Positions 9,454 to 19,463 of a stretch of DNA of 64,000 bases are shown here, piece after piece; positions within the stretch are counted from its first letter, which is position 1, and the number at the start of each line of letters is the position of its first letter. The notes beneath the pieces were generated by a model. That model was given only the letters and a program-made list of their open reading frames with translations. It had not been told where the DNA came from and did no database searches. A program made the translations under genes and the position numbers. The stretch is from NCBI GenBank assembly GCA_028282585.1, contig JANQHR010000049.1:15226-79225 (forward strand). Reading direction: 5' to 3'. This stretch comes from Bacteroidales bacterium. Lineage in GTDB: Bacteria > Bacteroidota > Bacteroidia > Bacteroidales > UBA12077.

Positions 9454-10496
9454 TGGGGTTACTTGTATTATATTTTTTAATTGCAGTAATTGTATCTTTT
9501 ATTTGCTCTATAATGGAAGCATCGCTTTTAAGCGTAACTCCAACATTTTTAGCTGGAAAAATAAGCGAGGGAAAAAACTTTGCTAAATCTTTGAAAAAAC
9601 TAAAAGAAAAAATTGACACTCCATTAGCAGCAATATTAACTATTAACACTTTTGCAAATACAGTTGGAGCTGTAGGTGTTGGTGTGCAAGCACAAAAGTT
9701 GTGGGGAAACGAATATTTATCTATAGTATCGGGTACATTAACTGTTTCAATACTTATATTTTCAGAAATTATTCCAAAAACTGTTGGTGCAAGTTATTGG
9801 AAAAATATTACTCCTGTTATTCCATATTTTTTAAGCGCAATGATCTATTCTCCGTTTTATCCTATAATTATTTTAGCAAGATTTATAACTAAAGCGCTTA
9901 AAAAGGATGAACATCAGGATGTCTTGAGTCGTTCTGAATTCCATGCCATGGCAGAAATTAGTGTAAAAGAAGGTATTTTTAAAAAAGAAGAATCTAAGAT
10001 TCTTATGAATCTAATGGTATTCAATAAAATTGACGTAAAAGCCATTTTAACCCCAAGGACTGTTGTTTTTACTGCAAAGCAAACAGAAACCGTTAAAGAT
10101 TTTATTCAAAGTAACGATAAAATCAGGTTCTCCAGAATTCCCATTTGCAATAAAGATATAGAGAATATTACAGGTTATGTCCTAAAAGATGATATCATGC
10201 AGTATATGATTGAAAAGAAGCATGATAAAAAACTGGAAAGTTTACGAAGAGAAATAAAAGTTGTTAACGAGCAAATGCCGATAATTAGATTATTTTATAA
10301 ATTAATTGAAGACAAAGAACATATTGCAATGGTTGTGGGTGAATATGGAGAAATGGTCGGTATTGTCACTATGGAAGATATTATTGAAACCTTATTGGGA
10401 ACCGAAATTATGGATGAATTCGATAATGTTGCTGATATGCAGGAGTTAGCAAAAAAAGTTTGGGAACGTAAATCTCGCAGATTAAGTCTTAAATAA
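9453..10496 (+). CDS. CNNM/DUF21 + CBS-pair membrane protein (CorC/TlyC-like)
   Basis: 347 aa. N-terminal 4-TM DUF21 region (SEIIPKTVGA) followed by a CBS-pair region. Its ATG overlaps the nadD stop (TAATG). Confidence 0.8.
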   Translation: MGLLVLYFLIAVIVSFICSIMEASLLSVTPTFLAGKISEGKNFAKSLKKLKEKIDTPLAAILTINTFANTVGAVGVGVQAQKLWGNEYLSIVSGTLTVSILIFSEIIPKTVGASYWKNITPVIPYFLSAMIYSPFYPIIILARFITKALKKDEHQDVLSRSEFHAMAEISVKEGIFKKEESKILMNLMVFNKIDVKAILTPRTVVFTAKQTETVKDFIQSNDKIRFSRIPICNKDIENITGYVLKDDIMQYMIEKKHDKKLESLRREIKVVNEQMPIIRLFYKLIEDKEHIAMVVGEYGEMVGIVTMEDIIETLLGTEIMDEFDNVADMQELAKKVWERKSRRLSLK

Positions 10497-10499
10497 AAA

Positions 10500-10525
10500 C
10501 TCGCAGGGCTTTTAAACCCTGCGAG
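10500..10525 (+). terminator. hairpin after the yicC-gmk-nadD-CNNM operon
   Basis: CTCGCAGGG-CTTTTAAA-CCCTGCGAG starts 4 nt after the stop. There is no clear T-run. Confidence 0.45.
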
Positions 10526-10819
10526 TGCTTCATCTCTTGATCTTACGAATCATTCTATCTTACAATAACTTAAAATAAATTAATCAATCATCAACCTTAT
10601 CAACTTATTTTCTAGATTAAGAGATGTTCAACTACAACAGCAAGATATTAAATATTTTTAACCCCAACCACCAATATTTTAAATAATCACCTCACTGTTA
10701 AAATCCAAATAACAAAAAGAAATCTTAATTGGATAGAATAATCTTACCATTACTCTCTTTTCGAGATATTTAAACAATATAGTTATTTAAATGTTCAATC
10801 TTAAATAAACTTTAAATTT

Positions 10820-11398
10820 ATGAAACTAAATATTGCAATTATCTATGGATCTGTTAGATCTGACAGACAGGGAGTTAGATCAGTTAATTTCTTTTTGAAA
10901 AAATTATCGGAAAGAGGTGTGGATACCGAATTTATAGATCCTATTAAATTTCCTCTTCCATTACTCGATAAAATGTATAAAGAGTATAATCCCGAGAAGG
11001 CTCCTGTTAATATGAGAAAGATCTCAGAGATTTTAACTAAAGCAGATGGGTTTTTAATAATTACCGGAGAATACAATCATAGTATTCCTTCAGCTTTGAA
11101 AAACCTGCTAGATCATTTTCAAGGGGAGTATTTTTTTAAACCAAGTGCAATTGTTTCATATTCCGCAGGTAATTATGCAGGAGTAAGATCTGCGGTACAC
11201 TTAAGAGCTATTTTAGGAGAACTGGGAACACCGAGTATATCATCCATGTTCCCAATCGCACAAATTCAAAAGGCATTTGATAATGATGGTAATGCCCTTA
11301 ATGATATTTATGAAAAAAGATCAAAAAGATTTTTAGATGAGCTTATTTGGTATACACAGGCTCTAAAAAAAGCAAGAGAAAAAGGCGTTCCTTATTAA
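10820..11398 (+). CDS. NADPH-dependent FMN reductase family protein
   Basis: 192 aa. IAIIYGSVRSDRQG and ITGEYNHSIP match the flavodoxin-like FMN reductase pattern. Confidence 0.8.
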   Translation: MKLNIAIIYGSVRSDRQGVRSVNFFLKKLSERGVDTEFIDPIKFPLPLLDKMYKEYNPEKAPVNMRKISEILTKADGFLIITGEYNHSIPSALKNLLDHFQGEYFFKPSAIVSYSAGNYAGVRSAVHLRAILGELGTPSISSMFPIAQIQKAFDNDGNALNDIYEKRSKRFLDELIWYTQALKKAREKGVPY

Positions 11399-11417
11399 TT
11401 CATAATTAGGTGCTAGT

Positions 11418-11465
11418 ATAATGTTTTTTATAAAGTCTACAAATTGTTTTCATAAAAAACATTAT
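11418..11465. repeat. perfect 14 bp inverted repeat with a 20 nt spacer
   Basis: ATAATGTTTTTTAT (11418-11431) and ATAAAAAACATTAT (11452-11465), between the FMN reductase stop and the next start codon. Confidence 0.7.
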
Positions 11466-11496
11466 GTAGGTTTGCTCATCATATTATTCGCACAAC

Positions 11497-12588
11497 ATGA
11501 ATTTTGATCATTTAATATCACCAACACTGATCCTTGATAAAAAGAAATGTTTAAGCAATATTAAATTCATGGCTAACAAGGCAAAAAAGCATGGATTAAT
11601 ATTTAGGCCACATTTTAAAACTCATCAGTCAAGAATAATTGGAAGTTGGTTTAAACAGTTTGGAGTAAATAAAATAACCGTATCTTCTGTACAAATGGCT
11701 AAATATTTTTCCAACGACTGGAAAGATATAACAATTGCTTTTCCCTTAAATATTCGTGAAATTGATTCGATAAATATGTTAGCAAAAGAAATCCAATTAA
11801 ATCTTTGTATTGAAAATCTAGAGTCAATTGATTTTTTGATAAAAAAATTAAAATTTAAAGTTGGTTTTTTTATTAAAATAGATACCGGATATAACAGAAC
11901 TGGCATTGCAAATGATCAGTATGAAGTTATAGATGAAATCTTAAAAAAAGAAAGACTTTCAGAAAAGGTTAACTTTTTAGGCTTTTTATCACATGCCGGG
12001 CATACATATCAAGCTAAAAATCCTGGTGAGGTTTTAGATATCCATAAAGATACTCTTGATAAATTATCGGTATTAAAAAATTATTATTTCGAAGAATATC
12101 CTGAGCTTGTAGTATCAATTGGTGATACTCCCTCTTGCAGTATTTCGGAAGAGTTTGATAATATTAATGAAATACGTCCCGGAAATTTTGTTTTTTATGA
12201 TTTAATGCAACTTAATTTGGGTTCTTGTAAGTTTGATCAAATTGGAATTGCCTTGGCCTGCCCTGTTGTTGCCAAGCATACTAACAGAAATGAAATAATT
12301 ATTCATGGAGGAGCTGTACATTTCTCAAAAGAAAGTATTAAGATTAACAACAGTGTTGTTTATGGCATATTGGTAAAACTTAACAAAGGTGGTTGGAAAA
12401 ATTATCCTGAAGCTTTTTATGTAACCAAACTATCTCAAGAACATGGAACTCTTAAAGTGAATGGTAAATTATTGCATGAAATAAAAATTGGAGAAATGAT
12501 TGGAGTAATTCCCGTCCACTCATGCCTAACACCTAATTTAATGCAAAAATATTTATCAACAGAAGATGAATTTATAGACACATTATAG
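11497..12588 (+). CDS. fold-type III PLP enzyme, D-serine dehydratase/D-threonine aldolase-like (DSD1 family)
   Basis: 363 aa. Alanine-racemase N-terminal-type barrel with the PLP lysine in RPHFKTHQS, plus a C-terminal small domain (IPVHSC). Confidence 0.7.
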   Translation: MNFDHLISPTLILDKKKCLSNIKFMANKAKKHGLIFRPHFKTHQSRIIGSWFKQFGVNKITVSSVQMAKYFSNDWKDITIAFPLNIREIDSINMLAKEIQLNLCIENLESIDFLIKKLKFKVGFFIKIDTGYNRTGIANDQYEVIDEILKKERLSEKVNFLGFLSHAGHTYQAKNPGEVLDIHKDTLDKLSVLKNYYFEEYPELVVSIGDTPSCSISEEFDNINEIRPGNFVFYDLMQLNLGSCKFDQIGIALACPVVAKHTNRNEIIIHGGAVHFSKESIKINNSVVYGILVKLNKGGWKNYPEAFYVTKLSQEHGTLKVNGKLLHEIKIGEMIGVIPVHSCLTPNLMQKYLSTEDEFIDTL

Positions 12589-12629
12589 GGAAATCATTGT
12601 ACAGTTTATCTTAAATATAAAGATATAAA

Positions 12630-13316
12630 ATGTATACTATGAAATATATTTTTTCATTAATAATAGTTATAATATCCATTCAAAATTTACTTTCTCAGAG
12701 CTCTACAGTTCATTCAATCGATAAACTCAATGGATCGCTCAAAGTGCTATCAACAAACAAAGGTTATAAAGGTAGTCCTTTTATTTATGATCAATTTATG
12801 AATAGTAAAGTTTATCTAAAATCTGAAGATAAGGCAATTGATTATTTATTAAATTACAATGCCTACGAGGAACAAATTGAATATAAAGTCGATGGCAAAA
12901 CTTTTTACGTTACTAATCCAAAGCAAATAAAAAAGATTGAAGTAAATAATGAAACAATCGTGTATAAAAAATTCTATAATTACGATCAGCTTAAAGAGGG
13001 GTATTTTATAGAGCTAATTGACGATTTTATAAGTTTATATAAGAAAGAAACTATATCTGCAATGCCATTAAAAAAAGTTACACGCGTTAACTCACCTGAA
13101 AACAATAAAATATTTATTAGGGAGAAACCTATATACTACATATCCATTTATGGCGACCCTTTGCTTTTAATAAAGAATAAAAAAATGTTATTAGAAGTGT
13201 TATTTAATAACCAAGATTTAAAAAACTTTCTTAAGGATGAAAAAGTTAAATTGCACTTAGAAGACGATTTAAAAAAATTAGTCACTTTCCTAAATAACTA
13301 CGACAAAATTCAATAA
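12630..13316 (+). CDS. hypothetical secreted protein
   Basis: 228 aa. Signal-like N-terminus (MKYIFSLIIVIISIQNLLSQ). No recognisable domain. Confidence 0.5.
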   Translation: MYTMKYIFSLIIVIISIQNLLSQSSTVHSIDKLNGSLKVLSTNKGYKGSPFIYDQFMNSKVYLKSEDKAIDYLLNYNAYEEQIEYKVDGKTFYVTNPKQIKKIEVNNETIVYKKFYNYDQLKEGYFIELIDDFISLYKKETISAMPLKKVTRVNSPENNKIFIREKPIYYISIYGDPLLLIKNKKMLLEVLFNNQDLKNFLKDEKVKLHLEDDLKKLVTFLNNYDKIQ

Positions 13317-13328
13317 TAAAATTAAGAA

Positions 13329-13347
13329 GCCCGGGACTTTCCCGGGC
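13329..13347. terminator. GC-rich hairpin between convergent genes
   Basis: GCCCGGGA-CTT-TCCCGGGC, 13 nt after the 13316 stop. Confidence 0.6.
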
Positions 13348-13499
13348 CTTATAAGTCGGTGGAACTCTCATCCACATACTAACGTACCCGGCGTGGCGAC
13401 TCTTTTTCTTCAATACGTTTATGTTGTAAATATAAGCTAACTAAAATTGTTATTACTACTATTACACTTACATTTATGTTAAATAATTGTTTAGTGTTA

Positions 13500-14825
13500 T
13501 TAAAACGATAAAGTGAATATTGTCCCTTTTTCTTTATTAGATTGAACATCAATACCTCCATTGTGTAAAACCATTACTTGTCGTGCAAAAGATAAACCAA
13601 TTCCGGAACCGTCCTCATAAGTTGAAAAAAAAGGAACAAATATTTTATCTAAAATTTCAGTATTTATTCCTTTACCATTATCACAAACTTTGATATAAAC
13701 TTTCTTATTTTCTAAAAAAGCTGACTCTATTTCCAGAATTTTATTATTTTTTTTATCAAGTGCCTTTATAGAGTTTAGTATCAAATTAACAATAACCTGA
13801 GTAATCAACTTTTCATCTGCTATAACTGAAATATTTTCAGGATTAATTTTAATTTTTGTATTAATATTATGCTTTTCGAACTCTTTACTCATCAATTGAA
13901 CTATATTCTCGAGAAGGTTTTTAATCTGGACACGCTCGTAAACAGGCTTCTGAATTTGAGTAAGGTTTTTATATGATTCAACGAAATCCAATAGACCTTT
14001 ACTCCTTTTTTCAATTGCATTTAATCCTTTTATCAAGCTTTCATCATTATGTTCATTTTTAACATTGGATTCTAAAACCTTTTTCATGCTGTAAGTTAGT
14101 GATTTAATAGGAGTTACAGAATTCATAATTTCATGAGTTAAAACCTTGATTAGTTTTTGCCAACCTTCCAGTTCACTTTGTTCAAGTTGAGTTTTAATGT
14201 CTTGTAAACTAACTAATTTAATTTGTTTTTCTCCAATTTTTAAATTCGTTGATTTTGCCAAAATATGCAATTGGTCAATGGTTGTATTTAACTTAATAAT
14301 TTTGCTTTGACCTGGTAATAAACCTTTTAACTCCTCACCTATTTGTCCAATTTCTGTATTTAAGTTATCAATATGATTCAGTTTTCTAACGCCTAAAATA
14401 GATTTAGCGGCTGCGTTCATAATCTCTACATTTCCAACTTCATTAAAGCTTATTATTCCGACATCAATATTTTCTAGAGTATATTGAAAATATTGATAAT
14501 GGGATTCCTTTGCTAACCATGCTTCCTTTAACTGATTTGTTATTTTATTATATGTTATATTTAACTGATCAAAAGACAAGCCCGAAGAATCTTTTACAGC
14601 AACATTCTCAACATATTTAATAGCATCTAAAAATTTTAAAAGATCTCGATTCGTTTTATTCAGGTAACTAAGGAGAAAGAGAAAAAAAACTATAAAAAGT
14701 ACGCCTATTACAAGCTTTGTAATAATTAACTGACTTGAACTAAAAGACCAAAAAAATCCAAATCCTAACAAAGAAAGAACAACTAAGTATAAAAATAGCT
14801 TAATAATATATTTACCCGAGCCCAT
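13500..14825 (-). CDS. sensor histidine kinase (two TM helices with a 7-residue linker, PAS, HisKA, HATPase_c)
   Basis: Start moved from the listed 14882 to ATG 14825 (MGSGKYIIKLF...), which overlaps the upstream regulator's stop by 14 nt. H-box LTHEIMNSVTPI; NLILNSIKAL, DNGKGI and GSGIGL boxes. Confidence 0.85.
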   Translation of the reverse strand: MGSGKYIIKLFLYLVVLSLLGFGFFWSFSSSQLIITKLVIGVLFIVFFLFLLSYLNKTNRDLLKFLDAIKYVENVAVKDSSGLSFDQLNITYNKITNQLKEAWLAKESHYQYFQYTLENIDVGIISFNEVGNVEIMNAAAKSILGVRKLNHIDNLNTEIGQIGEELKGLLPGQSKIIKLNTTIDQLHILAKSTNLKIGEKQIKLVSLQDIKTQLEQSELEGWQKLIKVLTHEIMNSVTPIKSLTYSMKKVLESNVKNEHNDESLIKGLNAIEKRSKGLLDFVESYKNLTQIQKPVYERVQIKNLLENIVQLMSKEFEKHNINTKIKINPENISVIADEKLITQVIVNLILNSIKALDKKNNKILEIESAFLENKKVYIKVCDNGKGINTEILDKIFVPFFSTYEDGSGIGLSFARQVMVLHNGGIDVQSNKEKGTIFTLSF

Positions 14826-16185
14826 ACTTTTTGATTTTATTGTAAAGTGTTTTCCTGGAAACTCCCAATTCCTTTGCCGCAATTGTATAGTTTCCTTTGG
14901 ATTTTTCTATAGCCCTCAAAATAAGTTGTTTTTCATTTTCTGATAAATCAAGAGATTCTTCTTTAGTAAACCTGGATTCAAATATTTCGTTAATTCCGAA
15001 ATCATTCTCTGTTAGTTGATCATTTTCACTCATTATAACAGCTTTTTCAGTTAAATGTTCCAATTCACGAATATTTCCCGGCCAGTTGTATTCTTCTAAT
15101 TTTTCAAGTGCTGATTTTTCAATTTTATAAGCTATTTTACTATATTTTTTTTCATATTTAGCTTTAAAAAAGTCAATTAATATTTGAATATCACCTTTAC
15201 GATCTCGTAGTGGAGGTAAGTTTATTTGTATTGTATTTATCCTGTACAATAAATCTTCACGAAAACTTCCACCTATTACCATCTCCTGCAAAGACTTATT
15301 GGTCGCACAAATCAATCTAACATCAATAGGTATTTTATAATTCGCTCCAAGTCTATTAATTTCTCTATTTTGTAAAACAGCTAATAGCTTAGATTGTGAT
15401 GATAGGGAAAGATTGCCAATTTCGTCTAAGAAAAGTGTACCCCCGGAGGCTATTTCAATTCTTCCCGGCTTATCAACCTTTGCATCTGTAAATGCACCTT
15501 TTATATAACCAAATAATTCACTTTCAAAAAGAGTATCAGGCAATGCAGAAACATCCACATGAACAAAAACTTCATTTGCTCTATTAGATTTTCTATGAAT
15601 TTCACGTGCTATTAATTCTTTTCCGGTTCCATTTTCACCTAAAATTAAAACATTAGCTTCTGTTTTTGCCACTTTATTAACGGTCTTAAAAACCCCTTCC
15701 ATAGCCTTTGACTTACCAATAATGTCTGGAAATTGGCTAAAAATATCGCCTATCAAGTGTTTTTGTTTCTCACGTAGATTATTTATTTCCTTATTTGAGT
15801 TTTTTATTTTAAAGACATTCCGAATAGTAGTAATAAACTTTTCATCATCCCAGGGTTTTTGAATAAAATCCGTGGCTCCTTCACGCATTGCTTTTACCAC
15901 TAACTCCATATCTCCATAAGCTGTTATAAATACAATAGCTGCTTCCGGATCATGTTTAAGAATTTCATTCATCCAATAAATACCTTCATTACCAGTGCTA
16001 ATTCCTGCTTTGAAGTTCATATCTAAAATAACAACATCAAATAACTCCTTTATTAAAGTAGTATTTAGATTATTTGGGTCCTTAAGAGTCACAATCTTCT
16101 CAAAATAATTAAATAAAAGCATTTCAACTGCTATAAGTATTTCCTCATTATCATCAACAACCAATACTTTGCCTTGCTTTTTCAT
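14812..16185 (-). CDS. sigma-54-dependent response regulator (NtrC family, Fis-type HTH)
   Basis: 457 aa. REC domain (VLVVDDNEEI), AAA+ core with GENGTGKE, GAFTDA (GAFTGA-type loop) and LFLDEIGN, and a C-terminal HTH AAKELGVSRKTLYNKIKKYGL. Confidence 0.9.
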   Translation of the reverse strand: MKKQGKVLVVDDNEEILIAVEMLLFNYFEKIVTLKDPNNLNTTLIKELFDVVILDMNFKAGISTGNEGIYWMNEILKHDPEAAIVFITAYGDMELVVKAMREGATDFIQKPWDDEKFITTIRNVFKIKNSNKEINNLREKQKHLIGDIFSQFPDIIGKSKAMEGVFKTVNKVAKTEANVLILGENGTGKELIAREIHRKSNRANEVFVHVDVSALPDTLFESELFGYIKGAFTDAKVDKPGRIEIASGGTLFLDEIGNLSLSSQSKLLAVLQNREINRLGANYKIPIDVRLICATNKSLQEMVIGGSFREDLLYRINTIQINLPPLRDRKGDIQILIDFFKAKYEKKYSKIAYKIEKSALEKLEEYNWPGNIRELEHLTEKAVIMSENDQLTENDFGINEIFESRFTKEESLDLSENEKQLILRAIEKSKGNYTIAAKELGVSRKTLYNKIKKYGLG

Positions 16186-16298
16186 CTGTTTATTTTCAAT
16201 TTTCGTTGTTCAAAAGAAGTTCGCATAATAAAGATAATCATCCATAACACACCAATGCTGATCATTGCTCTGTTCATACGATCAAATCTACAAAATAT

Positions 16299-16315
16299 TG
16301 TGTAAAATTTACACA
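16299..16315. promoter_or_regulatory. 17 bp perfect palindrome TGTGTAAA-A-TTTACACA (candidate activator binding site)
   Basis: Lies in the divergent region, about 75 nt upstream of the TGGCAT element. The half-site TTTACACAT recurs in the paralogous region at 22305-22313. Confidence 0.35.
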
Positions 16316-16389
16316 TAATTTGGTAATTTTTACTCACTTCTAATTATATAATAGATTTCATAGCACTGATTATCTATCATTTACATCTT

Positions 16390-16406
16390 TGGCATAAGCC
16401 TTGGCA
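16390..16406 (+). promoter_or_regulatory. sigma-54-like -24/-12 candidate TGGCAT-AAGCC-TTGGC
   Basis: TGGCAT-N5-TTG lies 50 nt upstream of ATG 16456. The -12 GC is displaced by one nt relative to the TGGCAC-N5-TTGC consensus. It is preceded by TTTACA, as in the paralogous promoter. Confidence 0.3.
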
Positions 16407-16455
16407 TAATTTATACACCAAATATTTGAATATTAATTAATACATTTAACATATC

Positions 16456-18864
16456 ATGATTAGAAATTACTTTATCGTTGCATTTCGGAACCTGATTCGA
16501 CAAAAAGGTTATTTTCTAATAAACCTTTTAGGGCTTACTATAGGATTAACAGCGTGTCTTTTAATTACTTTCTATGTAATTGACGAGTTAAGTTATGATA
16601 AGTTCCATGAAAAAGGAGATAGGATTTACCGAGTTGGTTATCAGTACACTGCTCCAAGTGGCGAAGTATTTAAAGCAGTAGGTAGCGAATATAGGTTAAA
16701 AGAACCATTTGAAAGTTTTTTTACTCAAATTGAGAGTTTTGTAAGAATTGGCAGGCCAAGGTCATATAAAATCAGGAATGGAGAAATAGAATTTGTTGAA
16801 CGAGATGTTTCTTTAGTTGAAAAGAACTTTTTTGAAGTATTTACTTATGATTGGTTAATAGGTGATCAAGCTACGGCACTTCAGGAACCCTTTACTGCTG
16901 TTATTACTGAAAGTATATCCAAAAAATACTTTGGTGATTCAATACCTATTGGAAAAAACCTGGAACTGGTTACTTCAATGGGAAATGTAGATTTAAGAAT
17001 TACTGGGCTAATAAAAGATATGCCAAGAAATTCCCATTTTAACTTGAATATTATGGCTTCAATGGAATCGGCGCCACATGTTTATAATGATATGATGTTA
17101 AATAACTGGGGTGAAATAACAAATTACAGTTACATCCTTTTACCTGAAAAAGTATCCATTGAATCATTGAAAAATATGGCTCAAGAATTTATGAAGCAAA
17201 CATTTGGAGAAAATGAAAGAGGTGGTTCTGAATTATTATTCCAACCTCTATTGGATATCCATTTACATTCTAATACAAGGTTTGAAATTAAAACAAATGG
17301 TAGCATGAAGAATGTTATTATATTCTCAATTATAGCATTGTTCATTCTTTTAATAGCAACAATAAATTATATGAATCTGGCAACTGCAAGGTCTGCAAAA
17401 AGATCGTTGGAAGTGGGTATGCGTAAAGTTTTGGGCGCCAAAAAAAGCAACTTGATAACTCAGTTTCTTGGGGAAGCCATATTAATTAGCTTTATTGCTA
17501 CCTGGCTCTCAATTGCCCTTTCTGATATGTTAATGCCATATTTTAACCAAATTGCAAAAAAGGAAATTGATATAAATTGGATGAATAACTTATGGATTAT
17601 TCTTTTAACATTTGTGTTTTCTATAATTATTGGAATTCTATCTGGAAGTTATCCTGCGTTCTTTTTAAGTTCTTTTAAACCTTTAAAAGTATTAAAAGAA
17701 AAAACTAAAGTTTCTTCTTCAAATTCCATTTTAAGGAAAGGGCTAATAATATCTCAATTTTCAATCTCTTCCGTATTAATAATTTGTACTTTAATAGTTT
17801 TCGTACAATGGAAATACATGCAAAACAAACCATTAGGAATTGACCCAACAAATGTTGTTAACCTGGTTACTCCCGGGGTGGACGAATATAAAGTTTTTAA
17901 ACAAGAGTTACTTAAGAACCCTAACATATTAAATGTAACAGCTTCAAATAAAAAACCTACAGCCAGGTTAAGCAGTAACTTATCTTATGAAGCTGAAAAT
18001 GTTGATAGTGAAAATAAGTCGATAAAAATAGTCACGGTTGATTATGATTTTTTTGAAACTATGAATAATAAAATAGTACAAGGAAGAAGCTTTTCGAGAG
18101 ATTTTATAGCTGATGAGAACTCTACCTTCATAATTAATGAAGCTGCCCTAAAAGAATTTGGCTGGGAAAATGCCATTGGCAAATCATTTGAAACATTTAC
18201 ATTAGATCCAGAAATTAGCAACTGGAAAAAAAGAAAGGGAATTGTTGTTGGCGTGGCTGAAGATTTTCATTTTGAATCTGTACATAATGAAATTGTACCC
18301 GTAGTGTATTTTATTGAACCTAATTGGAGAAACTGGATGTCAATTAAAATAAGTTCTTCCAATGTTCCTGAAACCATGAAATTCATTAAACACGAATGGG
18401 ACAAGCTAAAAACAGAAAACACCTATAATCTTTCATTTTATGAAGAAAATTTAGACGCCTTGTATCGAGCCGAGAAAAGGTTCTTCTTAATCTTTATCAT
18501 ATTTTCCGGATTAGCAATTTTCATTGCTTGTTTAGGTATATTCGGATTAGCTTCGTTTACTACTGAACAAAAAACCAAGGAAATAGGCATTAGAAAGGTT
18601 TTAGGGGCATCGGTATCCACAATCATTCAATTAATAAACAAGGAGTTCCTAAAACTGGTTGTTTTGTCTAATTTAGTTGCTTGGCCAATTGCATGGTATT
18701 TTATGAAGAATTGGCTAAATAACTTTGTTTACAGAATAGACCTTTCTATCTGGCCATTTATTGTTAGTGGAATTATAGCCATAATAATTGCCATAATTTC
18801 AGTAAGTTATCAAGCCTTGAAGGCAAGTAATACCAATCCGGTTGTTGCATTAAGATATGAATAA
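16456..18864 (+). CDS. duplicated FtsX/MacB-type ABC transporter permease (no ATPase domain)
   Basis: 802 aa. An N-terminal TM helix, a large extracytoplasmic domain and an FtsX 3-TM bundle, then a second extracytoplasmic domain and a second FtsX bundle (GIRKVLGAS motif in the second half, MRKVLGAK in the first). Confidence 0.85.
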   Translation: MIRNYFIVAFRNLIRQKGYFLINLLGLTIGLTACLLITFYVIDELSYDKFHEKGDRIYRVGYQYTAPSGEVFKAVGSEYRLKEPFESFFTQIESFVRIGRPRSYKIRNGEIEFVERDVSLVEKNFFEVFTYDWLIGDQATALQEPFTAVITESISKKYFGDSIPIGKNLELVTSMGNVDLRITGLIKDMPRNSHFNLNIMASMESAPHVYNDMMLNNWGEITNYSYILLPEKVSIESLKNMAQEFMKQTFGENERGGSELLFQPLLDIHLHSNTRFEIKTNGSMKNVIIFSIIALFILLIATINYMNLATARSAKRSLEVGMRKVLGAKKSNLITQFLGEAILISFIATWLSIALSDMLMPYFNQIAKKEIDINWMNNLWIILLTFVFSIIIGILSGSYPAFFLSSFKPLKVLKEKTKVSSSNSILRKGLIISQFSISSVLIICTLIVFVQWKYMQNKPLGIDPTNVVNLVTPGVDEYKVFKQELLKNPNILNVTASNKKPTARLSSNLSYEAENVDSENKSIKIVTVDYDFFETMNNKIVQGRSFSRDFIADENSTFIINEAALKEFGWENAIGKSFETFTLDPEISNWKKRKGIVVGVAEDFHFESVHNEIVPVVYFIEPNWRNWMSIKISSSNVPETMKFIKHEWDKLKTENTYNLSFYEENLDALYRAEKRFFLIFIIFSGLAIFIACLGIFGLASFTTEQKTKEIGIRKVLGASVSTIIQLINKEFLKLVVLSNLVAWPIAWYFMKNWLNNFVYRIDLSIWPFIVSGIIAIIIAIISVSYQALKASNTNPVVALRYE

Positions 18865-18884
18865 TCTTTATTATTTCATCCATA

Positions 18885-18921
18885 TTAACTCAACGAGGGT
18901 TTCAAAACCTCGTTGAGTTAA
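18885..18921. terminator. long perfect hairpin, bidirectional terminator between convergent genes
   Basis: TTAACTCAACGAGG-GTTTCAAAA-CCTCGTTGAGTTAA. Confidence 0.75.
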
Positions 18922-18933
18922 TTCTTTGTGTTG

Positions 18934-19407
18934 CTATATACTGAACTCTCTATCTATTGTTTGTTCCAATGAAATAAATGTTTCCGTTTTTGCAACCCCT
19001 GGTATATTTTGCATTTTATATACCAAAACATTCATTAAGTGCTGGTTATCTACACAATATATTTTAACAAGAAGCGACCAATTTCCTGTTGTAAAATGGC
19101 ATTCTACAATTTCGGGAATTTTTTCAATTTCCTTAATTACATGGTTATAAACATGTGCTTTATCAAGTAAAATACCAACAAAAGCACAGATATCAAATCC
19201 AACTGCTTTGGGTTTTACTGTAAATTTGGATCCACTTATTATTCCTGAATCCTCTAGTTTACGAATTCGTTGGTGAATGGCAGCACCTGAAATACCGCAA
19301 GCACGTGCAATTTCTAAAAAGGGTGTTCTCGCATTCTTTATCAGAAAAGATAGAATTTTCCGGTCTGTAGCATCAATTTGTACCTTCTGGCTCATATTAA
19401 ATAACAA
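18934..19407 (-). CDS. Lrp/AsnC family transcriptional regulator
   Basis: 157 aa. N-terminal HTH (DATDRKILSFLIKNARTPFLEIARACGISGAAIHQRIRKLE) plus a C-terminal AsnC/RAM-type ligand domain. Confidence 0.9.
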   Translation of the reverse strand: MLFNMSQKVQIDATDRKILSFLIKNARTPFLEIARACGISGAAIHQRIRKLEDSGIISGSKFTVKPKAVGFDICAFVGILLDKAHVYNHVIKEIEKIPEIVECHFTTGNWSLLVKIYCVDNQHLMNVLVYKMQNIPGVAKTETFISLEQTIDREFSI

Positions 19408-19463
19408 TTTGTAATTATTCTACAATATTATATAATATTTTATAACTAAAGCATATATAACAA

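Noticed and set aside
14826-14882. Longer N-terminus of histidine kinase 1 (MRQRNWEFPGKHFTIKSKS...).
   Set aside because: It would overlap the response-regulator gene by 71 nt. ATG 14825 gives a 14 nt overlap and a start directly before the first TM helix, matching the paralog.
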